Shown piece by piece: positions 1-9,325 of a stretch of 49,636 nucleotides of DNA; the first letter of the stretch is position 1; the number at the start of each line of letters is the position of its first letter. Made by a program: the position numbers and the translations under genes. Below the pieces are notes generated by a model, which was given only the letters and a program-made list of their open reading frames with translations, was not told where the DNA came from and searched no databases. This DNA comes from Candidatus Moranbacteria bacterium RIFCSPLOWO2_12_FULL_48_12 (lineage in GTDB: Bacteria; Patescibacteriota; Minisyncoccia; Moranbacterales; UBA1568), in NCBI GenBank assembly GCA_001784735.1, contig MFSB01000023.1, positions 1-49,636 on the forward strand. The letters are read 5' to 3'.

Positions 1-887
1 GCAATATTTTTTACGCTTGTCAAAGTTTGGTCTTTACTTATTTCAGCAAAAAATCTCGTGGAAATAAGAAGCCCCAGCATCGCCGCCGGACCGAAGATGG
101 CGTTCTTCCAGAAATGCTCCCACCATTTTTTAGACCAATCACCCATCCCGGGAAACACAAAGGCGGCAAAACCGATGGGCGAGAATATGAGTAAGATAAG
201 CAAAATAATCACACGGTTGGCGAAGAGAATAGCCAGAACGAGAAGTGTGACAGCGAAAAGGAAGAGAAAAACAACTGAGCCCAAGAGGCGCGACATAGGC
301 GTATCCGTTAGAGACTGAGTATCCGGTATCAGAATCTCTTTAAGTTGCGAGGCGCGCAAAGCGGTCCCAAATGATTCGCTTGGCTTACTCGGATCAGTGA
401 GCATCTGATTGGCAAAAAAATACATCGGCACATTGGTCATATCGATAAGCGCGCGCGTGACCGGAAAACTGAAATTGATATAAAGAGCGGCTAGTAGCAA
501 ACTGAGGAGCATCTTCTTGTAATCCTTATCAATTTGAAAGACTATCTTGAAAGCAACGTAGAGCAGGGTAAGAATGAAAAACAGATTGAAAAAATCACGC
601 ACAAACTGCCACATCTCATAGACGCTCTGCCTATTGAGAAGGCCCATCATAGATGGATCTATATACCAGCCGAACAGCGTCACCGCCACAGAAACTATCC
701 ATCCCAAAAAAACAAAAACGGCATACAAAAGCACCTTAAAGGGATAGGCAAAGACATTCATAGCAACGTCTCCGACACCGGCATATACAGCGTGTGTCTG
801 CGCAAGAAAAATAACGCCGCAAAAAAAAGTCAGCGCCAATAGCGAAAAAATCAGATTTTTTTTTCTTTTTTTATCCGTGAAAAACAT
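1..887 (-). CDS. polytopic membrane protein, truncated by window edge (possibly TrbL/VirB6-like)
   Basis: Absent from the ORF track because it runs off the edge. Hand translation from the ATG (complement of 885-887) gives MFFTDKKRKKNLIFSLLALTFF... and stays open to position 1. Several long hydrophobic helices are present, e.g. VFLFLFAVTLLVLAILFANRVIILLILLIFSPIGFAAF. The family guess rests on general resemblance only. Confidence 0.6.
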   Translation of the reverse strand, partial: MFFTDKKRKKNLIFSLLALTFFCGVIFLAQTHAVYAGVGDVAMNVFAYPFKVLLYAVFVFLGWIVSVAVTLFGWYIDPSMMGLLNRQSVYEMWQFVRDFFNLFFILTLLYVAFKIVFQIDKDYKKMLLSLLLAALYINFSFPVTRALIDMTNVPMYFFANQMLTDPSKPSESFGTALRASQLKEILIPDTQSLTDTPMSRLLGSVVFLFLFAVTLLVLAILFANRVIILLILLIFSPIGFAAFVFPGMGDWSKKWWEHFWKNAIFGPAAMLGLLISTRFFAEISKDQTLTSVKNI

Positions 888-1046
888 ACTACTCCCGGAC
901 ATTCGTAGAGAAGAGATTATCTGCTGATAGTATACCCCGTAAAATACGTTTACGCTAGTACAAAATTACTTCTAAAAGAGGCTCTACTGCCTTCCAGCCC
1001 GCCTCGCCGTCGAGACTAGCTTACGTTGCTTTTCTTAAATCGATAT

Positions 1047-1074
1047 TACTTTTCTTGCAATTGCAAGAAAAGTA
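1047..1074. promoter_or_regulatory. perfect palindrome TACTTTTCTTGCAATTGCAAGAAAAGTA, copy a (candidate operator)
   Basis: 28-bp perfect inverted repeat about 160 bp upstream of the minus-strand membrane-protein start at 887. The same core recurs at 1338 and 2126. Confidence 0.6.
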
Positions 1075-1337
1075 CTACGCTCGGGTAATAAATGTCTTTG
1101 GTAGGCCTCATATAACTCAAAAATACCGATATCTTTTCTGCCGCTTGTGACTTATCCGCCTCCGAACCGCCTAGACGTCGAAGCTGGCTTACATCTTATC
1201 GTTCTCTTTCACTATCTCAGAAAAAAGTTGTACGGGACAAGCCGTAAAAAAACTAAAAAATAGAAAAGAAAATACACCTCAACACCCTCAAACATCTCGC
1301 GCCAATCTCCAAAACAATCTCCTCCAAGCACCCCGTC

Positions 1338-1373
1338 ATAGTACTTTTCTTGCAATTGCAAGAAAAGTACTAT
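1338..1373. promoter_or_regulatory. perfect palindrome ATAGTACTTTTCTTGCAATTGCAAGAAAAGTACTAT, copy b
   Basis: 36-bp perfect inverted repeat 20 bp downstream of the stop of the 1393..2049 gene. It could act as an operator and/or a hairpin terminator. Confidence 0.6.
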
Positions 1374-1392
1374 TCATCGTTGGTTGTTTCGT

Positions 1393-2049
1393 TTAAAGCA
1401 GGAAGAACTTCTCCCGTACTCTTTTCTCATGCAAGAACCTTTCTACCGTAAGGATCTCTATGTATTGCTGAACCTTGAACACCTCTGCAATAAAGAGCAG
1501 CTCATCTTCGCATTCATACGGATAGGCCCACACGCTTTTCTGAATTTGAAAGAAACCGATCTCTTTGATCTTATTTCGCAAAGTCTCGCGAGCATAGTGA
1601 TACTTTTTCGGATGCGCTGGGATGTCAAACATCAACACTCGCCATTTCCCATCCCATTTTTCCGGCTTCTTGATTTCCACCATGTCTATGGAATACTCTG
1701 CCAGCCGCTTCTTCCCTTTATTGGTCAATCTCACTAACATTTTCCCATTTTTTTCTTCGATAATCTCGATAAGCCGTTCTCTCTTCAGATAGGCCAGTGA
1801 ATTCGCAATCTTCTTTTTCGGATATATATGCCTCTTTCGCTTTCCGCTAAAAAAGCCTATGGCCTTTATAAGACCTGGGAGCGATGCCCCTACAACAGAA
1901 ACTCCTCCAATCGCAATAAACGTGAGGAGAAATTTTGTCGCTGTCGCCGATGGACTATCAGAAAATATGAAATCCTCGAATTTTTTCCCTAATCCATATC
2001 CAAACCTCTCTTCTTTTCGGCTGTTTTTTATTTTTCGTATATTTTTCAT
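1393..2049 (-). CDS. membrane-anchored winged-helix regulator with PaaX-C/Cas2-fold C-terminal domain
   Basis: N-terminal TM segment FLLTFIAIGGVSVVGASLPGLIKAIGFF. A wHTH-like stretch follows (IANSLAYLKRERLIEIIEEKNGKMLVRLTNKGKKRL). The C-terminus has WDGKWRVLMFDIP...ARETLRNKIKEIGFFQIQKSVWAYPYECEDEL, typical of PaaX C-terminal / Cas2-like domains. Confidence 0.6.
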   Translation of the reverse strand: MKNIRKIKNSRKEERFGYGLGKKFEDFIFSDSPSATATKFLLTFIAIGGVSVVGASLPGLIKAIGFFSGKRKRHIYPKKKIANSLAYLKRERLIEIIEEKNGKMLVRLTNKGKKRLAEYSIDMVEIKKPEKWDGKWRVLMFDIPAHPKKYHYARETLRNKIKEIGFFQIQKSVWAYPYECEDELLFIAEVFKVQQYIEILTVERFLHEKRVREKFFLL

Positions 2050-2125
2050 ATTTGATTACGCCTTATGTTCATAATACTGCAACAACCCACCGCCCTCCTA
2101 CCACTGTTCTTCTCATTATTCCATG

Positions 2126-2161
2126 ATATTACTTTTCTTGCAATTGCAAGAAAAGTAATAT
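2126..2161. promoter_or_regulatory. perfect palindrome ATATTACTTTTCTTGCAATTGCAAGAAAAGTAATAT, copy c
   Basis: 36-bp perfect inverted repeat about 77 bp upstream of the start (2049) of the PaaX-like gene. The flank GCT.GGGTAA.AA is shared with copy a. Confidence 0.6.
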
Positions 2162-2345
2162 GCTAGGGTAAAAATTTTTATCACTTATCCTTCACCACTT
2201 ATCTTCTACCCCCCGAGCTAAATTATCCGAACCGCAAACGAAAACAGGCTGTTTCCGATTGACAGATCGAGCCTGTTTTTTCTAAAGAAGCTAGTGAAGC
2301 TGACGAGGTTACCCGCTTCGCCCGAGCTTCAGCGAGGCGAGAAAG

Positions 2346-3653
2346 CTAGTAAATATACCCCTTGATGACGCGGCTCGTGGCGGAGAGGACGCGCCGATCG
2401 GTTTTGGCCCAGCCAATATAATTCATCTCGCTGACCGTGATGTTGCCGCCGCTCACTTTTTCCACGATCGCCACGTGCCCATAGTAGCGATTTTCCGTCG
2501 TCACGACGATCGCTCCGACCGCCGGAGCGCGGCCAGTCCTGTACCCGAGCGCCTTGGCCTTATAGAGCCAGGTGCCGGCATTGCCGCTCCACGGTACATA
2601 GCGCTTCTGCGCCACGTACCAGGTGCAGTAGCCGTACGGAAACCGGTGTCCAGTGCCTGCCTTGCCATCAAGCTTGCGAAAACCGGAAGAGATATCCGCA
2701 GCCGTACCGCCTGCAGAGGTCGCGTACTGCCGCCGCTCCAGAGTGCTGCCAGACGCCGCATTAGAAGGAGCGACTTCGTCCTTTTTCCCGCCCGGGATGA
2801 TGATGGTATCGCCCGCTTCAATCTCGCCATTGGCCGGCAATTCATTGAACGCGATAATCTTGTCTTTTTCCGCTTTGAACTTCGCCGCGATGGTATCGAT
2901 GGTGTCGCCCGACTTCACGGCATACGAAAGACCGGCCACAGGCAGAATAAAAAGTTGATCGCCCGGCTTGATCTGGTCCACATTGTCCATATCATTGGCC
3001 CACAAAATGGTGTTGACCGTGATACTGTTTTTGGCGGCAATGCCGCTCACCGTATCGCCTTGCTCTACCGTGTAAATCTTCACCCCGCCGTCTTCTTCCG
3101 GATCCTTGGCAATGGCGCTCATCTGCGAAGAAAGCATCACCTGATTTCCCAGGGTCCGCCCCTCTATGTCCAAAAGAGACGTCTCATCTTTCTCGGTCGG
3201 GTCGCCACCGATACCGGTGTTTGCCAACGGAACCAGCGAAAGATTCTCTTTTTTGCTCGTTTGGGCGGCGATGCGGTGCTTGGAAGAAAGGGTCGCCTCG
3301 CTCGCCGTAGCGCCGCTGACATAACCGAATAGCAGGCTATTCGAGTCTTTGCCCTGAGTAAAATTACTCGCTGAGACGAGGAGGGCGCTCGAAGCCACGA
3401 TAGAAAAGGCTGAATAGTTGCGGAAAACCCGCACGACCCGGTACCCGGATATTTCCTTGATAAACTGGATAAGACGCGTCTGAAGATGATGGATATGGGT
3501 GTGCAGATCCCGAAGACGAGTCTGTCTGTTCTTTTTTTCCTCTGTTTCAGAGGCGCGCGCGAACAAAGACCGGAGGCGTCTTTGCCCCGCCATGAAGCAA
3601 ATCTTGAGGAAAGAAACTATGGATTCCGTACGGATAGGACTCTCGCCTTTCAA
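2346..3653 (-). CDS. LysM-repeat + CHAP-domain peptidoglycan hydrolase
   Basis: Two LysM repeats (YTVEQGDTVSGIAAKNSITVNTILWAN...; YAVKSGDTIDTIAAKFKAEKDKIIAFN...). C-terminal CHAP-like region GYCTWYVAQKRYVPWSGNAGTWLYKAKALGY...YGHVAIVEKV. The true start may be an internal Met. Confidence 0.85.
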   Translation of the reverse strand: MKGESPIRTESIVSFLKICFMAGQRRLRSLFARASETEEKKNRQTRLRDLHTHIHHLQTRLIQFIKEISGYRVVRVFRNYSAFSIVASSALLVSASNFTQGKDSNSLLFGYVSGATASEATLSSKHRIAAQTSKKENLSLVPLANTGIGGDPTEKDETSLLDIEGRTLGNQVMLSSQMSAIAKDPEEDGGVKIYTVEQGDTVSGIAAKNSITVNTILWANDMDNVDQIKPGDQLFILPVAGLSYAVKSGDTIDTIAAKFKAEKDKIIAFNELPANGEIEAGDTIIIPGGKKDEVAPSNAASGSTLERRQYATSAGGTAADISSGFRKLDGKAGTGHRFPYGYCTWYVAQKRYVPWSGNAGTWLYKAKALGYRTGRAPAVGAIVVTTENRYYGHVAIVEKVSGGNITVSEMNYIGWAKTDRRVLSATSRVIKGYIY

Positions 3654-3977
3654 TTGATAAAACCTCTAGATACGGCTCCGCTGGAAGAACCAGCAGGAGA
3701 CGTCCATTGAAAATTTACCCTAATTTTTACAAAATTCAGTATAACCTGTCCCTGTACTGAAGTCAAAGGGAAAAGGGTACATTACTCAATATAATGGCTT
3801 ATCCAAGGCGTTTTTTATGTGCACAAAGTAATTTCTTCCCTCAAATGAAGCTTTCCTAATTCTTTCCGGTACAATACATGCTTTTGGGGTCTCTCCCCAC
3901 CCTTGTATTTCCAAAAAATGAGCGGGGTGGGTAATTCATAATTCCTGATTCATAATTCATAATTCTTCTTCGTAATA

Positions 3978-3986
3978 TGGTATACT
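3978..3986 (+). promoter_or_regulatory. extended -10 element TGgTATACT (candidate xerC-like promoter)
   Basis: TGGTATACT lies about 100 nt upstream of the ATG at 4084. No good -35 box was seen. Confidence 0.3.
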
Positions 3987-4007
3987 TCCAATGTCGCATA
4001 ACGTAAA

Positions 4008-4074
4008 CTCCGTTAGAGAACGCTGCGCCTTGGGCGCGACTTCAGTCGCTTGCAGCGACTTTTCTCTAACGGGG
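4008..4074 (+). repeat. CCCCGTTA-family hairpin element, copy A
   Basis: Arms are CTCCGTTAGAGAA / TTCTCTAACGGGG, 13 bp with one T:G. The interior holds two small hairpins (GCGCCTTGGGCGC and AGTCGCTTGCAGCGACT). The element ends 9 nt before the xerC-like ATG. Confidence 0.8.
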
Positions 4075-4083
4075 TGAATACCT

Positions 4084-5052
4084 ATGACTCCCCTCCAAGA
4101 ACACACAAAACGTTTCCTTGATCATCTCGAAGTCGAGATGAACCGGTCGCCCCGCACTATTGAAAGCTATGGTCGCACGCTTGAAGCCTTTTTTACTTGG
4201 GGCAACCTCCATGTCCCTGAAGATATTACGGCTGAAAAAGTCCGGGAGTACCGGATCTATCTCAACCGCAAGGGAAACGGGCGCGGCGGTACGCTCAAAA
4301 AGAATACCCAGGCTTACCAGGCGATCGTCCTGCGCGCCTTTCTCAAATACCTGGCCAAGCAAGATATTCTGACGCTGGCTGCCGAAAAGATCGAGATCGG
4401 AAAAACCCCCGACCGCCAAGTTGACTTTCTCGAACTCGCGGAGGTAGAGCAATTGATGGAGGCAGCCGTGGGCCAAAGCCTCAAGTCCCTCCGCGACAAA
4501 GCCATCCTGGAACTCTTGTTTTCTTCCGGACTGCGCGTTTCCGAACTGACCAGTCTCGACCGCTACCATCTCAACCTCGATAAGGAAGAATTCAGCGTCC
4601 GCGGCAAAGGAAGCAAGCTGCGCATCGTCTTTATCTCCCCCACCGCCAAAGTGGCCTTAAAAAACTATCTCGATAAACGCACCGATGTCGATCCCGCCCT
4701 CTTTGTCGCCTACGGAAAAAAAGGCCTCGTCAATGCCAAAAACGCCAAACGTGAAGATCAGCGGCCCGCCTCTGGCGAGGCTCGCCATACCGGGCGGCTC
4801 ACGCCAAGAAGCATCCAGCGGCTGGTGAAATACTATGCCAAAAAAGCCGGCATCGGCAAAGATGTCCATCCCCACACGCTCCGCCACAGTTTCGCCACCG
4901 ATCTCCTCGTCAATGGCGCCGATATCCGCTCAGTCCAGTCGATGCTCGGCCATGCCTCCATCACCACCACGCAGATCTATACCCACATCACCGACGAACG
5001 GCTCAAGGAAATTCACCGCTCCTTTCATGCGAAGAGGAAGCGGGGGAAATGA
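4084..5052 (+). CDS. tyrosine site-specific recombinase, XerC/XerD family
   Basis: C-terminal catalytic motifs HTLRHSFATDLLVNGADIRSVQSMLGHASITTTQIYTHI. N-terminal SAM-like core-binding domain (FLDHLEVEMNRSPRTIESYGRTL). Confidence 0.9.
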   Translation: MTPLQEHTKRFLDHLEVEMNRSPRTIESYGRTLEAFFTWGNLHVPEDITAEKVREYRIYLNRKGNGRGGTLKKNTQAYQAIVLRAFLKYLAKQDILTLAAEKIEIGKTPDRQVDFLELAEVEQLMEAAVGQSLKSLRDKAILELLFSSGLRVSELTSLDRYHLNLDKEEFSVRGKGSKLRIVFISPTAKVALKNYLDKRTDVDPALFVAYGKKGLVNAKNAKREDQRPASGEARHTGRLTPRSIQRLVKYYAKKAGIGKDVHPHTLRHSFATDLLVNGADIRSVQSMLGHASITTTQIYTHITDERLKEIHRSFHAKRKRGK

Positions 5053-5203
5053 TAATAGATACAGGATAAGAGATAAGTGATAAAAACAAGGACTGCCTCG
5101 TTTTTTCTTGTTCTTAATTTTTTTCATCTCTTATCACTCATCATGTATCCTCTTCCGCATCACTCATCATGCATCACTTATCCTCTCTCATATCCCTTAT
5201 CAA

Positions 5204-7519
5204 TTATCCTCTTCTCAGAGGAGCGACACCGAGCATCATTTTTTTGACGCCAGAGCGCTTGAAAGCGATGGTGGCCAGCAACCCTTGGATAGAAATGACC
5301 AGGCCGGATCCGAATTGCGGATGTTCCACCATATCGCCTGGTCTCACATCATCCGCAATAAGCGGCTTCTCGTGCACATCGAATTCTCCGCTCTTTTCTT
5401 GGGATATACTTTTGGCTGTCGCCGCGAAGGCGCTCTGCTTTTTTGACACCGCCGGAAAATAATTTACCCTGTTACCGCGCGTAATAGGGTTGCGCGATTT
5501 CTGAAAATGACGCCTCCCGAGCATCCCCGATGACACGCGCGCGGCTTCATCAACGAGATGATCGGGAATTTCCTGGAGAAACCGCGAGGGCGGATTGACC
5601 TGCGTCGCGCCGAAAATCGTCCGCTGCTCCGTATAGAGGAGATAGACTTTTTCTTTGGCGCGCGTCAGGCCGACATACATGAGCCGACGCTCTTCTTCCA
5701 GGTCGCTCGGCGAGAGGGCGCTCCGCGAATGCGGGAAAATGCCTTCTTCCAGCCCCGCAATAAACACGCAGGGAAACTCCAGGCCCTTGGAACTATGGAG
5801 CGTCATCACATGAACCGCTTCGCTCTTCTCATTGATTTCGTCCGTATCCGAAGAGAGCGACACTTCCTCAAGAAAGTGGCGGAGCGCCTCATCCAGGGGC
5901 ATATCGCTGTATTTCTGAGCCACCGATAACAGCTCGGCCACATTTTCCTGGCGCACTTCGCCCTCCGTTGTCCCATCCATAAGGCTCGCAAAGTAGCCGC
6001 TCTTTTTCGCGATGGTATCCAGAAGTTCCGGAAAACGCATATCGGCGCGCGCCTCGATTTCAGAGCGCAAGGAGAGGAATATATCCACGAACTCCTTAAT
6101 GGCTTTGATTTTCGATTCCTTGAGCCCGCTCCCTTCGGGAGTCAGCTGGTACCCGGCATCGAAAAGGATTTGCTCGTTTTCTCGACTGAATCCGATCCAT
6201 CTTTCGAGGGTCGCCTTGCCGAGTCCCCGCTTGGGCTCATTCCCGATCCGCTCGAGCGCCTGGGCATCGCGCGGATTTTCCAAGAGCCGCACATAGGCGA
6301 TCATATCCTTGATTTCTTTGCGCTGATAGAATTTCAATCCGCCGACGACGCGATAATTGATGGAATGACGCAAGAACAGCTCTTCGATGATGCGCGACTG
6401 AGCATTGGTTCGGTAGAGTACGGCGAAATGATTGAAGGGTCGGCCGGCCGCATGCTCCCGCTTGATCGTTTCCGCGACGTAGCGCGCCTCGGCTTCTTCA
6501 TCTTCGGCCGGCACGAGCGTGATCGGTTCGCCCGCCGGCATCTCCGTCCACAATTTTTTGTGGCGCTGGTTCTGATTTTTGGAAATGATGCCGTCCGCCG
6601 CATCGAGAATGATCTGCGTCGATCGGTAGTTGCGATCGAGCGTGATGACCGCGGCCTCGGCATAGTCTTTCTCGAAATTGAGGATGTTTTGGATATCCGC
6701 CTGGCGCCAGCCATAGATCGACTGGTAATCATCGCCGATGACAAAAATATTATTGTGTTTTTTCGCCAAAAGATAGACGAGCAGATACTGCGGATAATTG
6801 GTGTCCTGATACTCGTCCACCATGATATAGCGAAACATATCCTGATATTTCCCAAGCACCTTCGGATGCTCCTGAAAGAGCTTCACCGTGAGGCGGATGA
6901 GATCATCGAAATCGAGCGCGTTTTGCGCCCGCAGCTCCTTTTGATACCGGGCATATACTTTCGCTACGATTTCTTCGTAATAGTTCTGAGCCTGTAGCGC
7001 AAACTGCTCCTCATCGATGAAAGCGTTTTTGGCCCGGGAAATCGCTTCCAAAAGAGCGCGCGGCTTCACCTGATCCGGATTGATCTCCAGTTCTTTCATG
7101 GCTTTTTTCACCAGCGCCTCCTGATCCTGGCTGTCGAGGATATTGAAGCGCTTCTCATAGCCGAGCGCTTCGATCTCGCGCCGCAAGATACGCGAGCAGA
7201 TATTATGGAATGTCCCGATGTACTGCGGAAGCTTGAGACCGCCGTACTCCGCCGCCTCGCTCTGCGACAAGAGCCGCTCTACCCGTTCGCGCATTTCTCC
7301 GGCCGCTTTGTTGGTAAAGGTCACCGCCAGAATATTGTCCGGCACCACTTTTTTCTCATCGATGAGGTAGGCGATGCGATGGGTGAGCGTCTTGGTCTTG
7401 CCCGAGCCGGCCCCGGCCAATATCAAAACCGGCCCTTCCGTCGTGAGAACCGCGCGCAACTGCTCCGGATTGAGACCCTTTTCCCAAAAACGCATAGCGG
7501 AAGAAGATAATGGATGCAT
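5204..7519 (-). CDS. pcrA: ATP-dependent DNA helicase PcrA/UvrD
   Basis: LNPEQLRAV...AGAGSGKTKTLTHRIAYL (Walker A), DEYQDTN, LDRNYRST, VMTLHSSKGLEFPCVFI, YVGLTRAKEKVYL, and a C-terminal Tudor-like tail. The track ORF extends to 7591. The likely start is the ATG at 7519 or 7495. Confidence 0.95.
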   Translation of the reverse strand: MHPLSSSAMRFWEKGLNPEQLRAVLTTEGPVLILAGAGSGKTKTLTHRIAYLIDEKKVVPDNILAVTFTNKAAGEMRERVERLLSQSEAAEYGGLKLPQYIGTFHNICSRILRREIEALGYEKRFNILDSQDQEALVKKAMKELEINPDQVKPRALLEAISRAKNAFIDEEQFALQAQNYYEEIVAKVYARYQKELRAQNALDFDDLIRLTVKLFQEHPKVLGKYQDMFRYIMVDEYQDTNYPQYLLVYLLAKKHNNIFVIGDDYQSIYGWRQADIQNILNFEKDYAEAAVITLDRNYRSTQIILDAADGIISKNQNQRHKKLWTEMPAGEPITLVPAEDEEAEARYVAETIKREHAAGRPFNHFAVLYRTNAQSRIIEELFLRHSINYRVVGGLKFYQRKEIKDMIAYVRLLENPRDAQALERIGNEPKRGLGKATLERWIGFSRENEQILFDAGYQLTPEGSGLKESKIKAIKEFVDIFLSLRSEIEARADMRFPELLDTIAKKSGYFASLMDGTTEGEVRQENVAELLSVAQKYSDMPLDEALRHFLEEVSLSSDTDEINEKSEAVHVMTLHSSKGLEFPCVFIAGLEEGIFPHSRSALSPSDLEEERRLMYVGLTRAKEKVYLLYTEQRTIFGATQVNPPSRFLQEIPDHLVDEAARVSSGMLGRRHFQKSRNPITRGNRVNYFPAVSKKQSAFAATAKSISQEKSGEFDVHEKPLIADDVRPGDMVEHPQFGSGLVISIQGLLATIAFKRSGVKKMMLGVAPLRRG

Positions 7520-7690
7520 GATAATTGATACAGGATAAGTAAGAACGGAGGACAAAAAAACAAGAATTATCTCGTTTTTATCCCCTATCAATTATCTCTT
7601 ATCCTGCATCACTTATCCTTTTCTCCTTCAGTTTATCACAGTTTCCCCGCTCTCTCCATTCTCAGACGATATGTGATAAAATAAGCCTAT

Positions 7691-9325
7691 ATGAAACGCT
7701 TCTTCCTCCGGGTTACCCAGTCGCTGGAAAATGCTCCGCTCACGCTCGCGACATTCGTGGCCAGTTTTTTCGCACTGATATTTACCCGCCTGCTCGTCGA
7801 GAACTCGCTCGGGCTGTTCGGTAACCATACCTTCTTTTATTTTTTCTTCGAATTCACGCACACCTTCCTTTTTTTCCTGTGCGCTTTTTTCCTTTTGGTC
7901 TTCCTCGTCCGCTGGGCCGGCAATGTCAATCTCGCCCAAGCATCGAACGTCCTCCTCTTCGGCTTTCTCGTCATCTTGACGCCCCCTATCATCGATACGC
8001 TCATTTTTCACGGAAGTGGTTTCTGGAGTTTCTATGAATTCGATGGTTTCCTCGGCCTCCTCAAGCGCTTCGTCACGCTGTTCGGTGATACGCCGAGTAT
8101 CGGCATCACCTACGGCGTGCGGGTCGAAGTCGTTATCGTAACGATCGCCCTCGGCCTCTACACTTTCATCAAATCACAGCGAATTAAAAAGGCGCTCATA
8201 GTTTCTTTTCTGGCCTACGCTATTCTTTTCATTCTCGGCACCTTCCCGTCCTGGCTGACGCTGTTCTTGCTCGTTTTCCAAAAAAGTTTCCTCGCCATCA
8301 ATCAGAACGACGTCGCCGCGCTTTTCCTCACACCGGAAAATATTTTCGCACGCCACCTGACAGACTTCCGCAGCGTGCTTAACGTGAAAATGAGCATCGT
8401 CTACGGAGCTTTCAGCATTTTGCTCGCTGCCGCGCTCCTCCGCCGCGAATATCCGCAATATTTCATCGCCCTGTGGAAAAATGCCCGCTTGCCGCAAGTC
8501 ATCTATCACGGCGGTCTCCTCTTTTTGGGTATGACACTCGCATTATTTTTCACCGAGGCACCTCTCACCTTTGATTTCTTCCATATCCTGAGCGCAGTCG
8601 TCTTGCTCTGTGCAGTCGAAAGCGCCTGGCTCGCCTCGGTCGTCGTCAATGATTGCTACGACACCAAGATCGATAGGGAAACCAATCCATCTCGCCCGCT
8701 CGTTCAAAACGCTCTCCCGCTGGAACTCTACAAGACTTTCGGGGCTCTCTTTTTCATCGCCTCGCTCATTCTCTCCGGCATCGTGAGTTTTTCGGCCCTG
8801 CTTCTCTTGCTCAGCTATCAGGCGCTGGCCTGGCTGTATTCCGCCCCGCCGCTCCGCCTCAAACGCTTCCCGCTTCTGGCAACGGTGTTTGCCGCTTTCG
8901 CCGGTCTTCTCGTTCTCATCACAGGTTTTCTCGCCGTTTCTCCCGAAAACGGCCTGCACGCCCTGCCGCTCCCGATTCTTTTCTTTCTTTTTGCCGCTTA
9001 TGCCTTGTGCCTGCCCATCAAAGACTTCAAAGATGTGCGCGGCGACAAGCTTGATCATGTCTATACTCTCCCGATCCTTCTCGGCACGGAAAAAGCCAAG
9101 CTGCTTATCGGCAGCCTTCTTCTCCTCCTCTATGTCCTCAGTCCGCTCATCTTGAGCGCCCGCTCGCTTTTCTTGCCCGCTCTCTTCTTCGGCAGTCTTT
9201 CCTTCTGGTCATTGCAACAAGGCACCGATGAAGAACGATCATTTTTCGCCTACCGCAAACTCCCCGGCATCATCCTCGCCATCACCGCCTTCTACGGACT
9301 GACAATTTTTTCTCTTCTTTTTTAA
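7691..9325 (+). CDS. UbiA-family prenyltransferase fused to an N-terminal polytopic membrane domain
   Basis: C-terminal half carries the two Asp-rich UbiA motifs NDCYDTKIDRETNPSRPL and KDFKDVRGDKLDHVYTLP. The N-terminal ~300 aa are multi-TM with no motif I recognise. Confidence 0.75.
   Translation: MKRFFLRVTQSLENAPLTLATFVASFFALIFTRLLVENSLGLFGNHTFFYFFFEFTHTFLFFLCAFFLLVFLVRWAGNVNLAQASNVLLFGFLVILTPPIIDTLIFHGSGFWSFYEFDGFLGLLKRFVTLFGDTPSIGITYGVRVEVVIVTIALGLYTFIKSQRIKKALIVSFLAYAILFILGTFPSWLTLFLLVFQKSFLAINQNDVAALFLTPENIFARHLTDFRSVLNVKMSIVYGAFSILLAAALLRREYPQYFIALWKNARLPQVIYHGGLLFLGMTLALFFTEAPLTFDFFHILSAVVLLCAVESAWLASVVVNDCYDTKIDRETNPSRPLVQNALPLELYKTFGALFFIASLILSGIVSFSALLLLLSYQALAWLYSAPPLRLKRFPLLATVFAAFAGLLVLITGFLAVSPENGLHALPLPILFFLFAAYALCLPIKDFKDVRGDKLDHVYTLPILLGTEKAKLLIGSLLLLLYVLSPLILSARSLFLPALFFGSLSFWSLQQGTDEERSFFAYRKLPGIILAITAFYGLTIFSLLF

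Noticed and set aside
58-842. Plus-strand track ORFs 58..318 and 534..842.
   Set aside because: They are embedded antisense in the longer minus-strand membrane-protein ORF (1..887), which is missing from the track because it runs off the edge.
2475-3332. 285-aa plus-strand ORF. Similar antisense ORFs are 6170..6997, 12724..13497, 20681..21196, 29038..29643, 38610..39494, 44709..45479 and 45567..46259.
   Set aside because: Each is antisense to a gene with strong conserved motifs. Their translations are Arg/Gly/His-rich and low-complexity, as expected for shadow frames.
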